From the NCBI GenBank assembly GCA_030651895.1, contig JAUSBR010000012.1, forward strand, positions 54,812 through 118,811: a stretch of DNA of 64,000 bases, given 5' to 3'. This stretch comes from Sideroxyarcus sp. Its GTDB lineage: Bacteria; Pseudomonadota; Gammaproteobacteria; Burkholderiales; Gallionellaceae. Below the pieces are notes generated by a model. The model was not told the origin of the DNA. It was given only the letters and a program-made list of their open reading frames with translations, and did no database searches. A program made the translations under genes and the position numbers. Of this stretch, positions 28,940-39,833 are shown one piece after another. Numbering within the stretch: position 1 is the first letter of the stretch; the number at the start of each line of letters is the position of its first letter.

Positions 28940-31645
28940 TTACTTCTTGGTGGTCTTCTTGACTGCAGGTTTCTTCGCGGCAGGTTTGGTGGCGACTTTC
29001 TTGGTGGCCGTTTTTGCTGTCGTTGTCTTGGCCTTGGTTGTCGCCGTCTTGGTGGTTTTCTTGACCGCCGGTTTCTCGGCTGCAGTTTTAGCCGTAGCTT
29101 TCTTTACCGTCGTCTTTGGTTTCGCTGCCGCTTTTGCCTTGGTGGTCTTGGTCTTGGCTGTCGCTTTCTTGGCCGCTGGCTTGCGCGCGGTCTTGGCTTT
29201 CCCTGTCCCACCCTTCGCTGCCTTCGCAGCGATCAGTTCCAGCGCTTCCTCCAGCGTCACCGCTTCCGGCGTCACGTCCTTGGGCAGGGTCGCATTGACC
29301 TTGCCGTGGCGCACGTAGGGGCCATAGCGGCCGCTACAAACTTCGACCGGTGCCTTGTCGGCCGGGTGTTCGCCCAGTGCGCGCAACACGGTGTTACCGC
29401 CGGTCTTGGCTTGCGCCAGCAGTTCCACGGCACGATCCAGGCCGATGTCGAAGATGCTGTCGCTGCGCGGGATGGATTTGAATTTGCCGTCGTGGCCGAT
29501 GTAGGGACCGAAGCGGCCGATGTTGACGATGACCTTCTTTCCCGTCACGGGGTGAGTACCGACTTCTCTTGGAAGCGAGAGCAGCTTTAGAGCAGAGGCA
29601 AGATCGGCGGTCTCCAGCGGCATCTCTTTCTGCCAGGAAACGCGCTTGGGTTTGGTCTTGGCGCCCTCTTCCACTTCACCCAGCTGCACGTAATGGCCAT
29701 AGGGTCCGCGCAACAGCAAAACGATCTGTCCAGTTTCCGGATGCACGCCCAGTTCCTTGCGTGCTTCGCCCGCGTCCTCTTCGCCACCGAGACTGCGCGT
29801 GTAGTCGCACTCGGGATAGGCCGTGCAGCCGATGAAACTGCCGCGCTTGCCGAGGCGTTTGGACAGCGGCTTGCCACATTTCGGGCAGGGCTCTTCCAGT
29901 ATCTCTGTGCCTGGACGATCGACATCTTTTTTCTCGCCCAGAAGCTTGTTGAAGCCTTTCCAGAACTCTTCGAGTACCGGGATCCAGTCGCGCTTGCCTT
30001 CAGAGATATCGTCGAGCTCGTCCTCCAGGTTCGCGGTGAATCCGTAATCGACGTAACGCGTGAAGTGCTCGTTGAGGAATTTGATGACCACGCGACCAAC
30101 GTCGGTCGGCATGAAGCGCTTCTTGTCGAGCGTGGCGTACTCACGTGCCTGCAGCGTAGAGATGATGGTGGCGTAAGTGGAAGGACGGCCGATGCCGTAT
30201 TCTTCCAGCGCCTTCACCAGACTGGCTTCGGAGAAGCGTGGCGGCGGTTGCGTGAAGTGCTGTTCGCCGTAGAGTTTTTCGATGGGCAGCACATCGCCTT
30301 CGACCAGCGGCGGCAACTTGGCGCTGTCCTCTTCTTCGGCATCGTCCACGTCTTCTATGTACACGCCGATGAATCCGGGGAACACCAGCGTCTGGCCGGA
30401 GGCGCGGAACAGGGTGTCGTCGCTGCTCAAACGGATGTCGACGCTCACGGTGTCGAAACGCGCGGGCGACATCTGGCTGGCCAGCGTGCGCTTCCAGATC
30501 ATCTCGTACAGGCGCATCTGGTCGATGTTCAGATGCTCACGCAGACTGTCGGGCGTGCGCAAAATGGAAGTCGGGCGGATAGCCTCGTGCGCTTCTTGCG
30601 CGTTCTTGGCTTTGCTCTTGTAAACGGGCTGCTTGGCCGGCAGGTACTCGGCGCTGAAGTTGTCGCCGATATATCCGCGAATCTCGGCCACAGCTTCGTT
30701 CGCCAGATTCACCGAGTCGGTACGCATGTAGGTGATCAGACCAATTGTTCCGCCGCCAATATCAACGCCCTCGTACAACGATTGCGCGGTGCGCATGGTG
30801 CGGTCGGAGGTCATGCCCAGCTTGCGCACGGCTTCCTGTTGCAGGGTCGAAGTCGTAAACGGTCCGGTCGGGTTGCGTTGCTTGGCTTTCTTTTCAACGC
30901 GTACCACTTTTGGAGGCAATTTGGCATCGTTGAGTTTGGCATGAATCGCGTCGTATTCGGCTTGACTGCCGATACTGAGTTGTTCCAGCTTATTGCCCTG
31001 GAACTGGAACAGCTTGGCTTTGAACGGAATGCTGTTCTTCTGGCTATCCAGATGCACCGACCAGTATTCCTGGCTCTTGAATTTCTCGATCTCGAGTTCG
31101 CGCTCGACGATCAGGCGCAGCGCGGGACTCTGTACACGGCCCGCCGACAAGCCGGGACGGATCTTGCGCCACAGCAGCGGCGAGAGATTGAAACCGACCA
31201 GATAATCCAGAGCGCGGCGCGCCTGTTGCGCATTTACCAGTGGGATGGAAATCTCGCGCGGATTCGCAACTGCGGCTTGTACGGCGGACTGGGTGATCTC
31301 ATAGAAAACCACGCGCTGCATCGTCTTGCCCTTGAGCGCGCGCTTGGACTTCAATATCTCGGAGATATGCCAGGCGATCGCCTCCCCTTCCCTGTCCGGG
31401 TCGGGTGCGAGATAGATGTGGTCGGCAGCGGCAGCAGCTTTGGCAATTTCGTCTACATGCTTGGAGTTGCGCGCGATGGTCTCGTACTTCATCGCGAAGT
31501 TATCGTCGGGGTCGACGGCGCCGGTCTTGGGAATCAGGTCGCGCACATGGCCATAGGAAGCGAGGACTTCGAAGTCCTTGCCGAGATACTTTTTCAGGGT
31601 CTTGGCCTTGGCCGGAGACTCTACGATGAGTAGGTTGGATGCCAT
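28940..31645 (-). CDS. topA: DNA topoisomerase I with Lys/Ala-rich C-terminal tail
   Basis: VESPAKAK, DPDREGEAI, SAGRVQS, ITYMRTD (catalytic Tyr), one Zn ribbon, GRFGPY/GRYGPY repeats. Confidence 0.98.
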   Translation of the reverse strand: MASNLLIVESPAKAKTLKKYLGKDFEVLASYGHVRDLIPKTGAVDPDDNFAMKYETIARNSKHVDEIAKAAAAADHIYLAPDPDREGEAIAWHISEILKSKRALKGKTMQRVVFYEITQSAVQAAVANPREISIPLVNAQQARRALDYLVGFNLSPLLWRKIRPGLSAGRVQSPALRLIVERELEIEKFKSQEYWSVHLDSQKNSIPFKAKLFQFQGNKLEQLSIGSQAEYDAIHAKLNDAKLPPKVVRVEKKAKQRNPTGPFTTSTLQQEAVRKLGMTSDRTMRTAQSLYEGVDIGGGTIGLITYMRTDSVNLANEAVAEIRGYIGDNFSAEYLPAKQPVYKSKAKNAQEAHEAIRPTSILRTPDSLREHLNIDQMRLYEMIWKRTLASQMSPARFDTVSVDIRLSSDDTLFRASGQTLVFPGFIGVYIEDVDDAEEEDSAKLPPLVEGDVLPIEKLYGEQHFTQPPPRFSEASLVKALEEYGIGRPSTYATIISTLQAREYATLDKKRFMPTDVGRVVIKFLNEHFTRYVDYGFTANLEDELDDISEGKRDWIPVLEEFWKGFNKLLGEKKDVDRPGTEILEEPCPKCGKPLSKRLGKRGSFIGCTAYPECDYTRSLGGEEDAGEARKELGVHPETGQIVLLLRGPYGHYVQLGEVEEGAKTKPKRVSWQKEMPLETADLASALKLLSLPREVGTHPVTGKKVIVNIGRFGPYIGHDGKFKSIPRSDSIFDIGLDRAVELLAQAKTGGNTVLRALGEHPADKAPVEVCSGRYGPYVRHGKVNATLPKDVTPEAVTLEEALELIAAKAAKGGTGKAKTARKPAAKKATAKTKTTKAKAAAKPKTTVKKATAKTAAEKPAVKKTTKTATTKAKTTTAKTATKKVATKPAAKKPAVKKTTKK

Positions 31646-31654
31646 CTATTTATA

Positions 31655-32110
31655 TCAGTGTGCTTGTGTCACGTCGGCTGGCGTGAGCAGGTCCTCGATC
31701 AGCATCGGATCAAGGTCTTCATGCTGGCTCCACAACACCATCAGTACGATGAGTTTGAGCTTGTCCAGCGGCAGGTTCTTGCGACCCAGAGCGAGTACAC
31801 GGTCGATGATCATCTCGCGCTCGATCGGGGTGATGACCTTGTTGTGTTCCCAGAACGCGAGGAAGCGCAGGCCCTCTTGGCCTATGCGCTGTTCTTCGAA
31901 ATCGGTGTAAAGGCGGATTCCGCTGTGGTTGATGGTCTCCGGATAAGCGGCGCGGGTCAGTTCCTGCAAGCCGGACAACCAAGTCAGCGCCTGGTTGATG
32001 TCTTCTTCGTCAAAGCCTGCAGCAGTGAGCTTTACCGAAAGTTTGTCGTGGTCGGGATAGCTACCGATATCGAAGTAGCTTTCAAACAAATATAACAGGA
32101 TGTCGAACAT
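31655..32110 (-). CDS. smg: Smg (DUF494) protein
   Basis: MFDILLYLFE, AAGF..I.QAL.WL; between dprA and topA. Confidence 0.92.
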   Translation of the reverse strand: MFDILLYLFESYFDIGSYPDHDKLSVKLTAAGFDEEDINQALTWLSGLQELTRAAYPETINHSGIRLYTDFEEQRIGQEGLRFLAFWEHNKVITPIEREMIIDRVLALGRKNLPLDKLKLIVLMVLWSQHEDLDPMLIEDLLTPADVTQAH

Positions 32111-32122
32111 TTAAGAGTCTGT

Positions 32123-33196
32123 TTAGGTGATGCGTTGATAGAGGCCGCCGGGTAAAGATGCGATATGTCCGTCGAGTTCCAGTTGCAACAGGATGGCGGA
32201 TAGCTCGGCTATCGTCAAGCCGCTACGCTGCGCAAGGCTTTCCGCGTCGAGCGGATCGAAGCCCAGATGCATGAACAGCGGGTGTTGCGGCTGGTTTTCG
32301 CTCCCGAAAGAGGAAACAGGTATGGTTTGCCCGAGTTCTTCCAGGATGTCGCGGGCGCTCTCGACCAGCTTCGCCCCCTGCTTGATGAGCAGATGACATC
32401 CTTTGGATTGAGGCGAGTGGATGGAACCGGGGATGGCGAACACCTCGCGCCCCTGCTCCAGTGCCATGCGAGCGGTGATGAGCGAGCCGCTCTGCACCGA
32501 AGCCTCAACCACCAGACAACCCAGACTCAAACCGCTGATGATGCGGTTGCGGCGCGGGAAGTTCGCCGCCAGCGGCGGTGTGCCCAGGGCGAATTCGGAG
32601 ACGATGGTGCCGCCCTGCACCAGGCGATGTGCCAACTCGCGGTTGGAGGCGGGATAGACCTTGTCCAGTCCGGTGCCGACGACGGCGACGCTGGAGCCGG
32701 CGCCCTGCAACCCGCCGATATGAGCCGAGGTATCGATACCCTGCGCCATGCCGCTGACGACGCACAACCCGGCATCCGCAGCTGTTTGTGCAAAAGCCTC
32801 TGCATTGCGCTTGCCCTGCGCTGTGGCATTGCGGCTGCCGACGATGGCCAGAGAAGGCGCGTTGAGCAGATCGAGACGCCCCTTCACATACAACAGTAGG
32901 GGCGGATCGACGGTGTTCAGTAACGCCTGCGGATATTCGGTATCAGCGATGGTGAGGATGCGGTTGAGCGGATCGACGAGCCAGTCGGCGACAGCGGCAA
33001 GCACAGAATCATCGATACCGTCGGCGATAGCTCGTGCCACGGCGGGTTTGATATGTTTGGAAAGCGAAGAGTGAGAGGCTTGCAACACCGCTTCGGGAGA
33101 ACCGAAGGCTTGCAGCAATCGCCGCAAGCCTTCGTTACCCAGTCCCGGTATCTGGCTCAGGGTGAGCCACGACGCGAGTGAGGCGTCGAGAGGCAT
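32123..33196 (-). CDS. dprA: DNA-processing protein DprA
   Basis: AIVGSR, SGMAQGID, NFPRRNRIISGLS, SGSLITA. Confidence 0.96.
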   Translation of the reverse strand: MPLDASLASWLTLSQIPGLGNEGLRRLLQAFGSPEAVLQASHSSLSKHIKPAVARAIADGIDDSVLAAVADWLVDPLNRILTIADTEYPQALLNTVDPPLLLYVKGRLDLLNAPSLAIVGSRNATAQGKRNAEAFAQTAADAGLCVVSGMAQGIDTSAHIGGLQGAGSSVAVVGTGLDKVYPASNRELAHRLVQGGTIVSEFALGTPPLAANFPRRNRIISGLSLGCLVVEASVQSGSLITARMALEQGREVFAIPGSIHSPQSKGCHLLIKQGAKLVESARDILEELGQTIPVSSFGSENQPQHPLFMHLGFDPLDAESLAQRSGLTIAELSAILLQLELDGHIASLPGGLYQRIT

Positions 33197-33199
33197 GAT

Positions 33200-34285
33200 T
33201 TATTCCGGGGTGCTGGCGCGATCCAACAATTGCACGGGCAGCTTAGTTTCCATGACCAAGGCATATGAAACTTTGTCAAAGACGCGGAAAACAAAAAGCA
33301 GACCATAACGCATATCTGGCAACACGGTGTCTGGGGTGAACCAACCACTGTTCTTGATTACTTCGCCCTTTTGGTACAGCGCCAGTACATGTCCATTTTC
33401 CAGACCGTCGCGCTTACCCTTATTCAGGGTGACAACCGCATTTTGTCCTGCCTGCTGTACGCCGCCGTAAATTGAAATCACTTTGGCAGTGATGTTGGTG
33501 GAAGGCGCGCGCGGTTGATAGTTGCTGGAATAGCCGGTCCCATATTGGGCGAAGTAATCTCCCTTTTGAATTTCCAGAATCGCTCTACTGATCCTGAGGG
33601 AAGTGATATCACCAAATTTTTCAACTGCTGCATCTCCCAGATAAGTTACCTCGTGCCCGAGTACTTCATCAGTATCCGGGTCAACAAAAGTAACGCTGGG
33701 GCGGTAGACTTGCCAACGCTCACCTTTGTCAGCAGGCATGCTCTTGGCATAGGCGATATCGTTAGTACCCAAAAGCTGGCGCTGCTCGTATGTTCCCACC
33801 AGTTTGGGTGCGCCTTCCAATTCCGCGTCTTCAACAACAAGCGGTCGACGAAGGAAAGGACCGACCACTTTCAGGGAAATCATGGGAATGGCTTCGCTTG
33901 AACCGGCTACAACCCGGGCCTGTGGAGAAAGCTTTATAGCATCAGAGGCCGTACCAACCTCATCGACAGGCGGTATGAGAGCAGTTGAATCTTCTGAGGA
34001 GGAAGCAGCAACTGGAGGCTGCCCTACTTTCAACGTCTTGGTATTGGGATCGAGATAGACCACATCGCCAGGATAGATCCAGTGGGGATCCTTGATCGTG
34101 TCTTTGTTGTAACCCCAGATCTGAGGCCATTTCCACGGGTCCTTGAAGAATTTGGCGGAGATGTCCCACAGCGTATCTCCCTTCACCACGACGTAGCGTT
34201 CGGGTGCATTCTCCTGTAGCTGGAGCTCGTCGGCAAAAGCCGTCAGGGGCATAAGAAGACAAATCAGCGATATAATCTTGCGCAT
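33200..34285 (-). CDS. LysM peptidoglycan-binding protein (TsaP-like)
   Basis: Signal peptide from MRKIISL; YVVVKGDTLWDIS..PHWIYPG; divergent from def. Confidence 0.9.
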   Translation of the reverse strand: MRKIISLICLLMPLTAFADELQLQENAPERYVVVKGDTLWDISAKFFKDPWKWPQIWGYNKDTIKDPHWIYPGDVVYLDPNTKTLKVGQPPVAASSSEDSTALIPPVDEVGTASDAIKLSPQARVVAGSSEAIPMISLKVVGPFLRRPLVVEDAELEGAPKLVGTYEQRQLLGTNDIAYAKSMPADKGERWQVYRPSVTFVDPDTDEVLGHEVTYLGDAAVEKFGDITSLRISRAILEIQKGDYFAQYGTGYSSNYQPRAPSTNITAKVISIYGGVQQAGQNAVVTLNKGKRDGLENGHVLALYQKGEVIKNSGWFTPDTVLPDMRYGLLFVFRVFDKVSYALVMETKLPVQLLDRASTPE

Positions 34286-34375
34286 GGAAAACCCCAGCAA
34301 AGTAAGGAAAGTGCAGTGTGATGTTTGCACGGCGGTTTAAATTCTGCATCTAGTCTCTTAAGTTGGCAAGCTTTT

Positions 34376-34879
34376 ATGGCAATTCTCCCTATCCTGCAAT
34401 ACCCCGACGAGCGACTCCACAAGGTCGCCAAAAAGATCGATCAGGTCGACAATGGCATACGCAAGCTGGTGCGCGACATGGCCGAAACCATGTATTCCGC
34501 CCCCGGCGTCGGACTGGCAGCGACACAGGTGGATCAGCATATACGCCTGATCGTGATCGACGTGTCGGAGACACATGACGACCTGAAAGTGTTCATCAAC
34601 CCCGAATTGCAGCAGCTGGAAGGAGAAAAAGAGAACGAGGAAGGCTGCCTGTCCGTCCCCGGCATCTACGAGAAAGTAAGCCGCGCCGAGCGCGTGACCG
34701 TGCGCGCACTCGACGAGCACGGCAAACCTTTCACACTGGAAGCCGAAGGCTTGCTGGCTGTATGCATACAGCATGAGATGGATCACCTGCAGGGGAAGGT
34801 GTTCGTCGAATACCTGTCCCATCTCAAACAGACCCGCATCCGCTCCAAGCTGAAAAAGCAGCGGCGCGAAACGCTCTAA
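34376..34879 (+). CDS. def: Peptide deformylase
   Basis: [19 protein letters not shown]. Confidence 0.98.
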   Translation: MAILPILQYPDERLHKVAKKIDQVDNGIRKLVRDMAETMYSAPGVGLAATQVDQHIRLIVIDVSETHDDLKVFINPELQQLEGEKENEEGCLSVPGIYEKVSRAERVTVRALDEHGKPFTLEAEGLLAVCIQHEMDHLQGKVFVEYLSHLKQTRIRSKLKKQRRETL

Positions 34880-34888
34880 GCGCGACCC

Positions 34889-35818
34889 GTGAAGATCATA
34901 TTCGCAGGTACACCGCAATTTGCCGCCGATGCCCTAGCCGCGCTGGGCAAAGAGCACCAGGTCGTAGCGGTACTCACACAACCGGATCGGCCGTCGGGGC
35001 GCGGTATGCAACTGACGGCCAGCCCGGTGAAACAGCTTGCCCGGCAACTGGCCCTGCCGGTGTTGCAACCGGCCTCACTCAAGAACGAGGAGATACAACG
35101 AGACCTCGCTGCATTCGGTGCGGAGCTGATGGTGGTCGCCGCATATGGTTTGATCTTGCCCAAGGCGGTATTGCAATTACCGCGCTACGGCTGCCTCAAC
35201 ATCCATGCTTCCTTGTTGCCGCGCTGGCGCGGCGCCGCCCCGATCCAGCGCGCCATCCTGGCGGGTGACACCGAGACCGGCATCACCATCATGCAGATGG
35301 ATGAGGGGCTGGATACCGGCGACATGTTGCTGAAGACAGTGTGCACCATCACTGCCGAAGACACGGCGGAGACACTGCACGACAAGCTGGCCGGGATGGG
35401 TGCCCAAGCGATCGTCGCGACATTGCGCGACCTGGAAAAAGGGAAACTGCATCCTCAAAGTCAGGACAGTGAAAAGGCGACCTATGCCGCCAAACTCAGC
35501 AAAGCTGAAGCACAACTGGATTGGACCAAGAACGCAGCAGAACTTGAAAGAGCCGTGCGCGGATATTTTCCATTTCCGGTCGCCCACACCCAATTCGGCG
35601 AGACTCCGGTCAAGATATTGAAAGCCGCCATTGGCGAAGGAAGCTCAGCGATACCCGGAACAGTGCTCGCTGTCGACAAGGAGACGATCCATGTTGCCTG
35701 CGGCAACGGTGTGCTGGCCTTAAAAGTGTTGCAGAAGCCAGGCGGCAAGGCATTGCCCGTGGCGCAATTCGTGCAAGGCTTTCCGCTCAAAGTCGGCGAC
35801 TGGCTGGGTACCCACTGA
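34889..35818 (+). CDS. fmt: Methionyl-tRNA formyltransferase
   Basis: FAGTPQF, NIHASLLPRWRGAAP, GLDTGD. Confidence 0.98.
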   Translation: MKIIFAGTPQFAADALAALGKEHQVVAVLTQPDRPSGRGMQLTASPVKQLARQLALPVLQPASLKNEEIQRDLAAFGAELMVVAAYGLILPKAVLQLPRYGCLNIHASLLPRWRGAAPIQRAILAGDTETGITIMQMDEGLDTGDMLLKTVCTITAEDTAETLHDKLAGMGAQAIVATLRDLEKGKLHPQSQDSEKATYAAKLSKAEAQLDWTKNAAELERAVRGYFPFPVAHTQFGETPVKILKAAIGEGSSAIPGTVLAVDKETIHVACGNGVLALKVLQKPGGKALPVAQFVQGFPLKVGDWLGTH

Positions 35819-35820
35819 AG

Positions 35821-37095
35821 ATGCAGCGCATACAACACGAAGCAGCAAAAGTCGTCAGCAAGGTCGTACGCGGCGGACGCAATCTCAATGAAGTGCTGAA
35901 CGAAAGCCTGCGCAAGCAAGCGAACTTGACTGCGCAGGAGCGCGGAGCACTGCAGGACTTGTGCTATGGCACGCTGCGTTACTACGGGCGGCTGGTTTTC
36001 ATGATGGATAACCTGCTTGAACGACCGGTGCAGGAATCCCCGCTGCGCTGCCTGCTGCTGGTGGCGCTGTATCAATTGCAATATACCAAGGCCAGCCAGC
36101 ACGCCATCGTCGACCAAGCGGTGCGCGCGACCAAGAGCATCAACGGCGCGGCCAGCGGGCTGGTCAATGCCGTGCTGCGCAACTTCCTGCGTAAACAACA
36201 AGCGCTGCAGGAAGCGGCTGACCACAGCGATGAAAGTCGCTACGCCTATCCGCAATGGTGGGTAGCGGCGCTGAAAGCGCAATACGGCGAACAGGCGGCT
36301 GCGATACTGGAAGCCGGCAATCTGCATCCTCCGATGACATTGCGTGTCAATACGCGACTGACGACGGTTACGGAATACCTTGCGCGTCTCGCGGAACAGG
36401 ACATCCCCGCACTTCCGGTCGAACCGGGCGCATTGAAGCTGGAGCGCCCGGTCGCCGTTGAACGCCTGCCCGGGTTCGCCGAGGGTCTGGTCTCGGTGCA
36501 GGATGCGGGTGCGCAATATGCCGCGCAGTTTCTCGATGTGCAGGACGGCATGCGCGTGTTGGACGCGTGTGCCGCTCCCGGCGGCAAGACTGCCCATCTG
36601 CTGGAATCCGCAGACATCGAACTCGTTTCGCTGGACAAAGACGAACAACGGTTGCAGCGTGTGCGCGAGAACATGCAGCGCTTGCGTCTTGATGCCCAAG
36701 TGGTCTGCGGCGATGCCGCCACCCCGCAGGATTGGTGGGACGGCAAGACTTTCCAGCGCATCCTGGCTGATGTGCCCTGCTCCGCTTCCGGCGTGGTGCG
36801 CCGTCATCCGGATATCAAGTGGCTGCGCCGTCCGGAGGACATCGAGAGTTTCGCCAGGCAGCAATTGCAGATACTGAATGCTTTGTGGCCGCTGCTGGCA
36901 AGAGATGGTAAATTGCTCTACGCAACCTGTTCCATCTTTGCGCGGGAAAACAATTCAGTGCTGGAAGAATTTCTGGGGCAGCATGCCGATGCGGTGCGGA
37001 TCGGCCTGTCCGCGCCGGGAATGACAGACGGACAGTTGTTGCCGAACGATGAGCATGACGGATTCTTCTATGCTTTGCTGCACAAAAAAGTCTGA
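35821..37095 (+). CDS. rsmB: 16S rRNA m5C967 methyltransferase
   Basis: NusB-like N-domain, DACAAPGGKT, DVPCS, YATCS. Confidence 0.96.
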   Translation: MQRIQHEAAKVVSKVVRGGRNLNEVLNESLRKQANLTAQERGALQDLCYGTLRYYGRLVFMMDNLLERPVQESPLRCLLLVALYQLQYTKASQHAIVDQAVRATKSINGAASGLVNAVLRNFLRKQQALQEAADHSDESRYAYPQWWVAALKAQYGEQAAAILEAGNLHPPMTLRVNTRLTTVTEYLARLAEQDIPALPVEPGALKLERPVAVERLPGFAEGLVSVQDAGAQYAAQFLDVQDGMRVLDACAAPGGKTAHLLESADIELVSLDKDEQRLQRVRENMQRLRLDAQVVCGDAATPQDWWDGKTFQRILADVPCSASGVVRRHPDIKWLRRPEDIESFARQQLQILNALWPLLARDGKLLYATCSIFARENNSVLEEFLGQHADAVRIGLSAPGMTDGQLLPNDEHDGFFYALLHKKV

Positions 37096-37696
37096 TTGGT
37101 TGCGTCGCTCGATCTCTCTGATCGGCCTGTGGCTGTGTGCGTCCAGTGTTTGTGCCGAAGGCATCTTCATCAGCAAGGCAGAAGCGCGCCTGACCGACGA
37201 AGGTTATCAACTCTCTGCGGTCTATGATATCCAGCTGTCTCATACGGTGGAGACGGCACTTACGCGCGGCGTCACGCTGTACTTCGTCAGTGAACTTACC
37301 ATCAACCGCTCTCGCTGGTACTGGTTCGACACCGATGTCGTGCGCGACGAACAGACCGCCAAGCTTTCCTACAATGCACTGACCCAGCAATACCGCATTA
37401 CCCACGGTTCGCTGTTCCAGAGCTTCCACGAATTGAAGGATGCCCTGCAGGTGCTGGGCCACCAGACTGCCCCGCCGGTACCGCTATCCATGCTGGACAG
37501 GCAAGGCGGCGGCTTTTTCACGCGCCTGATGAAAAAAGGCAGTGACTGCTGTTCGGCCATGGCGCAGATGCGGCTGGATGTGACCCAGTTGCCGAAGCCC
37601 TTGCAGGTGAACGCGCTGACCAATGAGGACTGGAACCTCGAATCCAAGCCCTACCGCTGGGAAGTGCTGCCTCCCGCTGCCGAGGGCGAGCAATGA
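37049..37696 (+). CDS. DUF4390-family exported protein (start uncertain)
   Basis: RSRWYWFD, YNALTQQY, LPKPLQVNA; conserved position between rsmB and ntrY. Confidence 0.8.
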   Translation: MSMTDSSMLCCTKKSDWLRRSISLIGLWLCASSVCAEGIFISKAEARLTDEGYQLSAVYDIQLSHTVETALTRGVTLYFVSELTINRSRWYWFDTDVVRDEQTAKLSYNALTQQYRITHGSLFQSFHELKDALQVLGHQTAPPVPLSMLDRQGGGFFTRLMKKGSDCCSAMAQMRLDVTQLPKPLQVNALTNEDWNLESKPYRWEVLPPAAEGEQ

Positions 37697-39831
37697 AATA
37701 TCTGGTCATCTTCAGCGGCATCATCGGCGCGGCCTTGCTGTATCTGTTGTCCAGCGCCAGTGCGAACACCGACCTGTTCTCACACAACTATTATGTGTTG
37801 CTGATCATGACAGGCGTGCTGGCGGTGGGTCTGGCCGGACTGGTCGGTTCGCAGGTCATGCATCTGCGCAACAAACTCAAGCAAAAGGTGTACGGCGCGA
37901 AACTGACGCTGCGGCTGGTACTGATTTTTTCGGTGATCGCGATCATGCCCGGATTGCTGGTCTACGCGGTGTCGGTGCAGTTCCTGAGCAAGAGTATCGA
38001 GTCCTGGTTCGACGTGCGCGTGGAAAAAGCGCTGGAAGGCGGTCTGAATCTGGGTCGCAGTACACTGGAGAACGGGCTGGCCGAGCTGGGCAAGAAGGGC
38101 CATCTGGTTGCGATGATCCTGGCAGAACAGGAACCGCGCCAGCATGGCAAGACCGTGAAACGTCTGGTTGAAGAAGGCGGCGCCCAGGAAGCTGCGTTGT
38201 TCGACGGACAGGGCAAGTTGCTGACTTTCACCGGAAGCGACGGGAAAAGACAGCCGCAGATGGCGCCGACGGCCGAGGTCATGCGACAAGCCTGGGAGAA
38301 GAACGGGTACAGCATGGTGGAGGTATTGCCCGAAGACCAGTTGGCCTTGCGCGTGCTGATCCCGGTGAAGTCCGCGCGCTGGAAAGACGAACGGCGGACG
38401 CTGCAATTCGTGCAGCAGGTCCCCGCGCAGATCGCGGCGGATGCGGAGACCGTGCAGGCGGTCTATCGCGACTATCAGGAGTTGTCCCTCTCCCGCCTTG
38501 GTTTAAAACGCCTGTATGGCATCACGCTCACCTTGTCGCTGCTGATCGTGCTGTTGAGCGTCAGCTCGGCCGCGTTCTATCTGAGCGAACAACTCAGTGC
38601 GCCGCTGGCGGCTCTGGCGGCAGGTACGCTGGCCGTGGCGAAAGGCGATTTCAGCGGCAGCTATCCGGTGCAGAGCCGCGACGAGCTGGGTGCATTGACC
38701 GGGCTGTTCAACCAGATGAACGCCTATCTGGCCGACGCGAAACGAAAGGGAGAGCAGCAACAGTTGCAGGTGGAGAATGCCAAGGCCTATTTGGAAAGCG
38801 TGTTGTCGCACTTGTCATCGGGCGTACTGGTGGTCGATGAAAAGCACCGCCTGCATTCCTCCAACCCCAGCGCGAACCAGATCCTCGGATTATCGCTGGA
38901 AGAGATGGAAGGCAAGACATTGGAAGAGATCGCGGCCCAGCACGTCCTGTTGCGCTCGTTCGTCGAGGCGGTGCTGCGCGGGTTCAACGAAGTGTCGCAA
39001 TACGAATGGCGCCAGCAAATCGAGCGCATGAGCAAGAACGGCGACCAGATCCTGCTGCTGCGCGGGACACGCCTGTCCACCCGCGAAGAGGACAGCAGTT
39101 ACGTGGTGGTGTTCGACGACATCACCCATCTGCTGCAGGCGGAACGCCAGGCGGCCTGGGGCGAAGTCGCGCGGCGGCTGGCGCACGAGATCAAGAACCC
39201 GCTCACTCCTATCCAGCTTTCAGCGGAGCGGCTGCAGCACAAACTGCTCAGCAAACTGGACGATCAGGATGCGCAGCTGTTGCAGCGCGCGACGCAGACC
39301 ATCGTCAGCCAGGTCGCGGCGATGAAGAACATGGTCCTGGAATTTGCCAATTATGCGCGCGCCCCGGCCACACGCATGGTCAGACTCGATATGCACCAGT
39401 TGCTGAACGAGGTGATGGGGCTGTACGAGGCCAACAGCAGCCCGATCTCGCTGAAGCTGGCGGCGCGGCACACCTGGGTGAACGGCGACGCGACACGTAT
39501 GCGCCAGGTGATTCATAACCTGCTGCAGAACGCGCATGACGCTTTGCAGCAGACCAAACACCCGTTGATCATCCTCGAAACGCAAGATACGGATGAAGGC
39601 GTTCTGAAACTGATGGTGCGCGACAACGGCAGCGGCATCCCGGAGAGTCTGCTCGCGCGCCTGTTCGAACCGTATATGACCACCAAGCAGAAGGGAACCG
39701 GTTTGGGGTTGGCGATCGTGAAGAAGATCGTGGAAGAACACGGCGGGCAGATCACTTTAGAAAGACAGCCCGCGGGCGGAACATGCGTAAGCGTGATCCT
39801 GCCTCTGGCTGAAACCGAAGCAGAGGTATAG
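37693..39831 (+). CDS. NtrY-like sensor histidine kinase (HAMP, PAS)
   Basis: AWGEVARRLAHEIKNPLTPIQL H-box, DNGSG, GTGLGL. Confidence 0.92.
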   Translation: MKYLVIFSGIIGAALLYLLSSASANTDLFSHNYYVLLIMTGVLAVGLAGLVGSQVMHLRNKLKQKVYGAKLTLRLVLIFSVIAIMPGLLVYAVSVQFLSKSIESWFDVRVEKALEGGLNLGRSTLENGLAELGKKGHLVAMILAEQEPRQHGKTVKRLVEEGGAQEAALFDGQGKLLTFTGSDGKRQPQMAPTAEVMRQAWEKNGYSMVEVLPEDQLALRVLIPVKSARWKDERRTLQFVQQVPAQIAADAETVQAVYRDYQELSLSRLGLKRLYGITLTLSLLIVLLSVSSAAFYLSEQLSAPLAALAAGTLAVAKGDFSGSYPVQSRDELGALTGLFNQMNAYLADAKRKGEQQQLQVENAKAYLESVLSHLSSGVLVVDEKHRLHSSNPSANQILGLSLEEMEGKTLEEIAAQHVLLRSFVEAVLRGFNEVSQYEWRQQIERMSKNGDQILLLRGTRLSTREEDSSYVVVFDDITHLLQAERQAAWGEVARRLAHEIKNPLTPIQLSAERLQHKLLSKLDDQDAQLLQRATQTIVSQVAAMKNMVLEFANYARAPATRMVRLDMHQLLNEVMGLYEANSSPISLKLAARHTWVNGDATRMRQVIHNLLQNAHDALQQTKHPLIILETQDTDEGVLKLMVRDNGSGIPESLLARLFEPYMTTKQKGTGLGLAIVKKIVEEHGGQITLERQPAGGTCVSVILPLAETEAEV

Positions 39832-39833
39832 CA

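Noticed and set aside
28917-29318. Very hydrophobic 133-aa plus-strand ORF
   Set aside because: Antisense read of the Lys/Ala/Thr repeat tail of topA.
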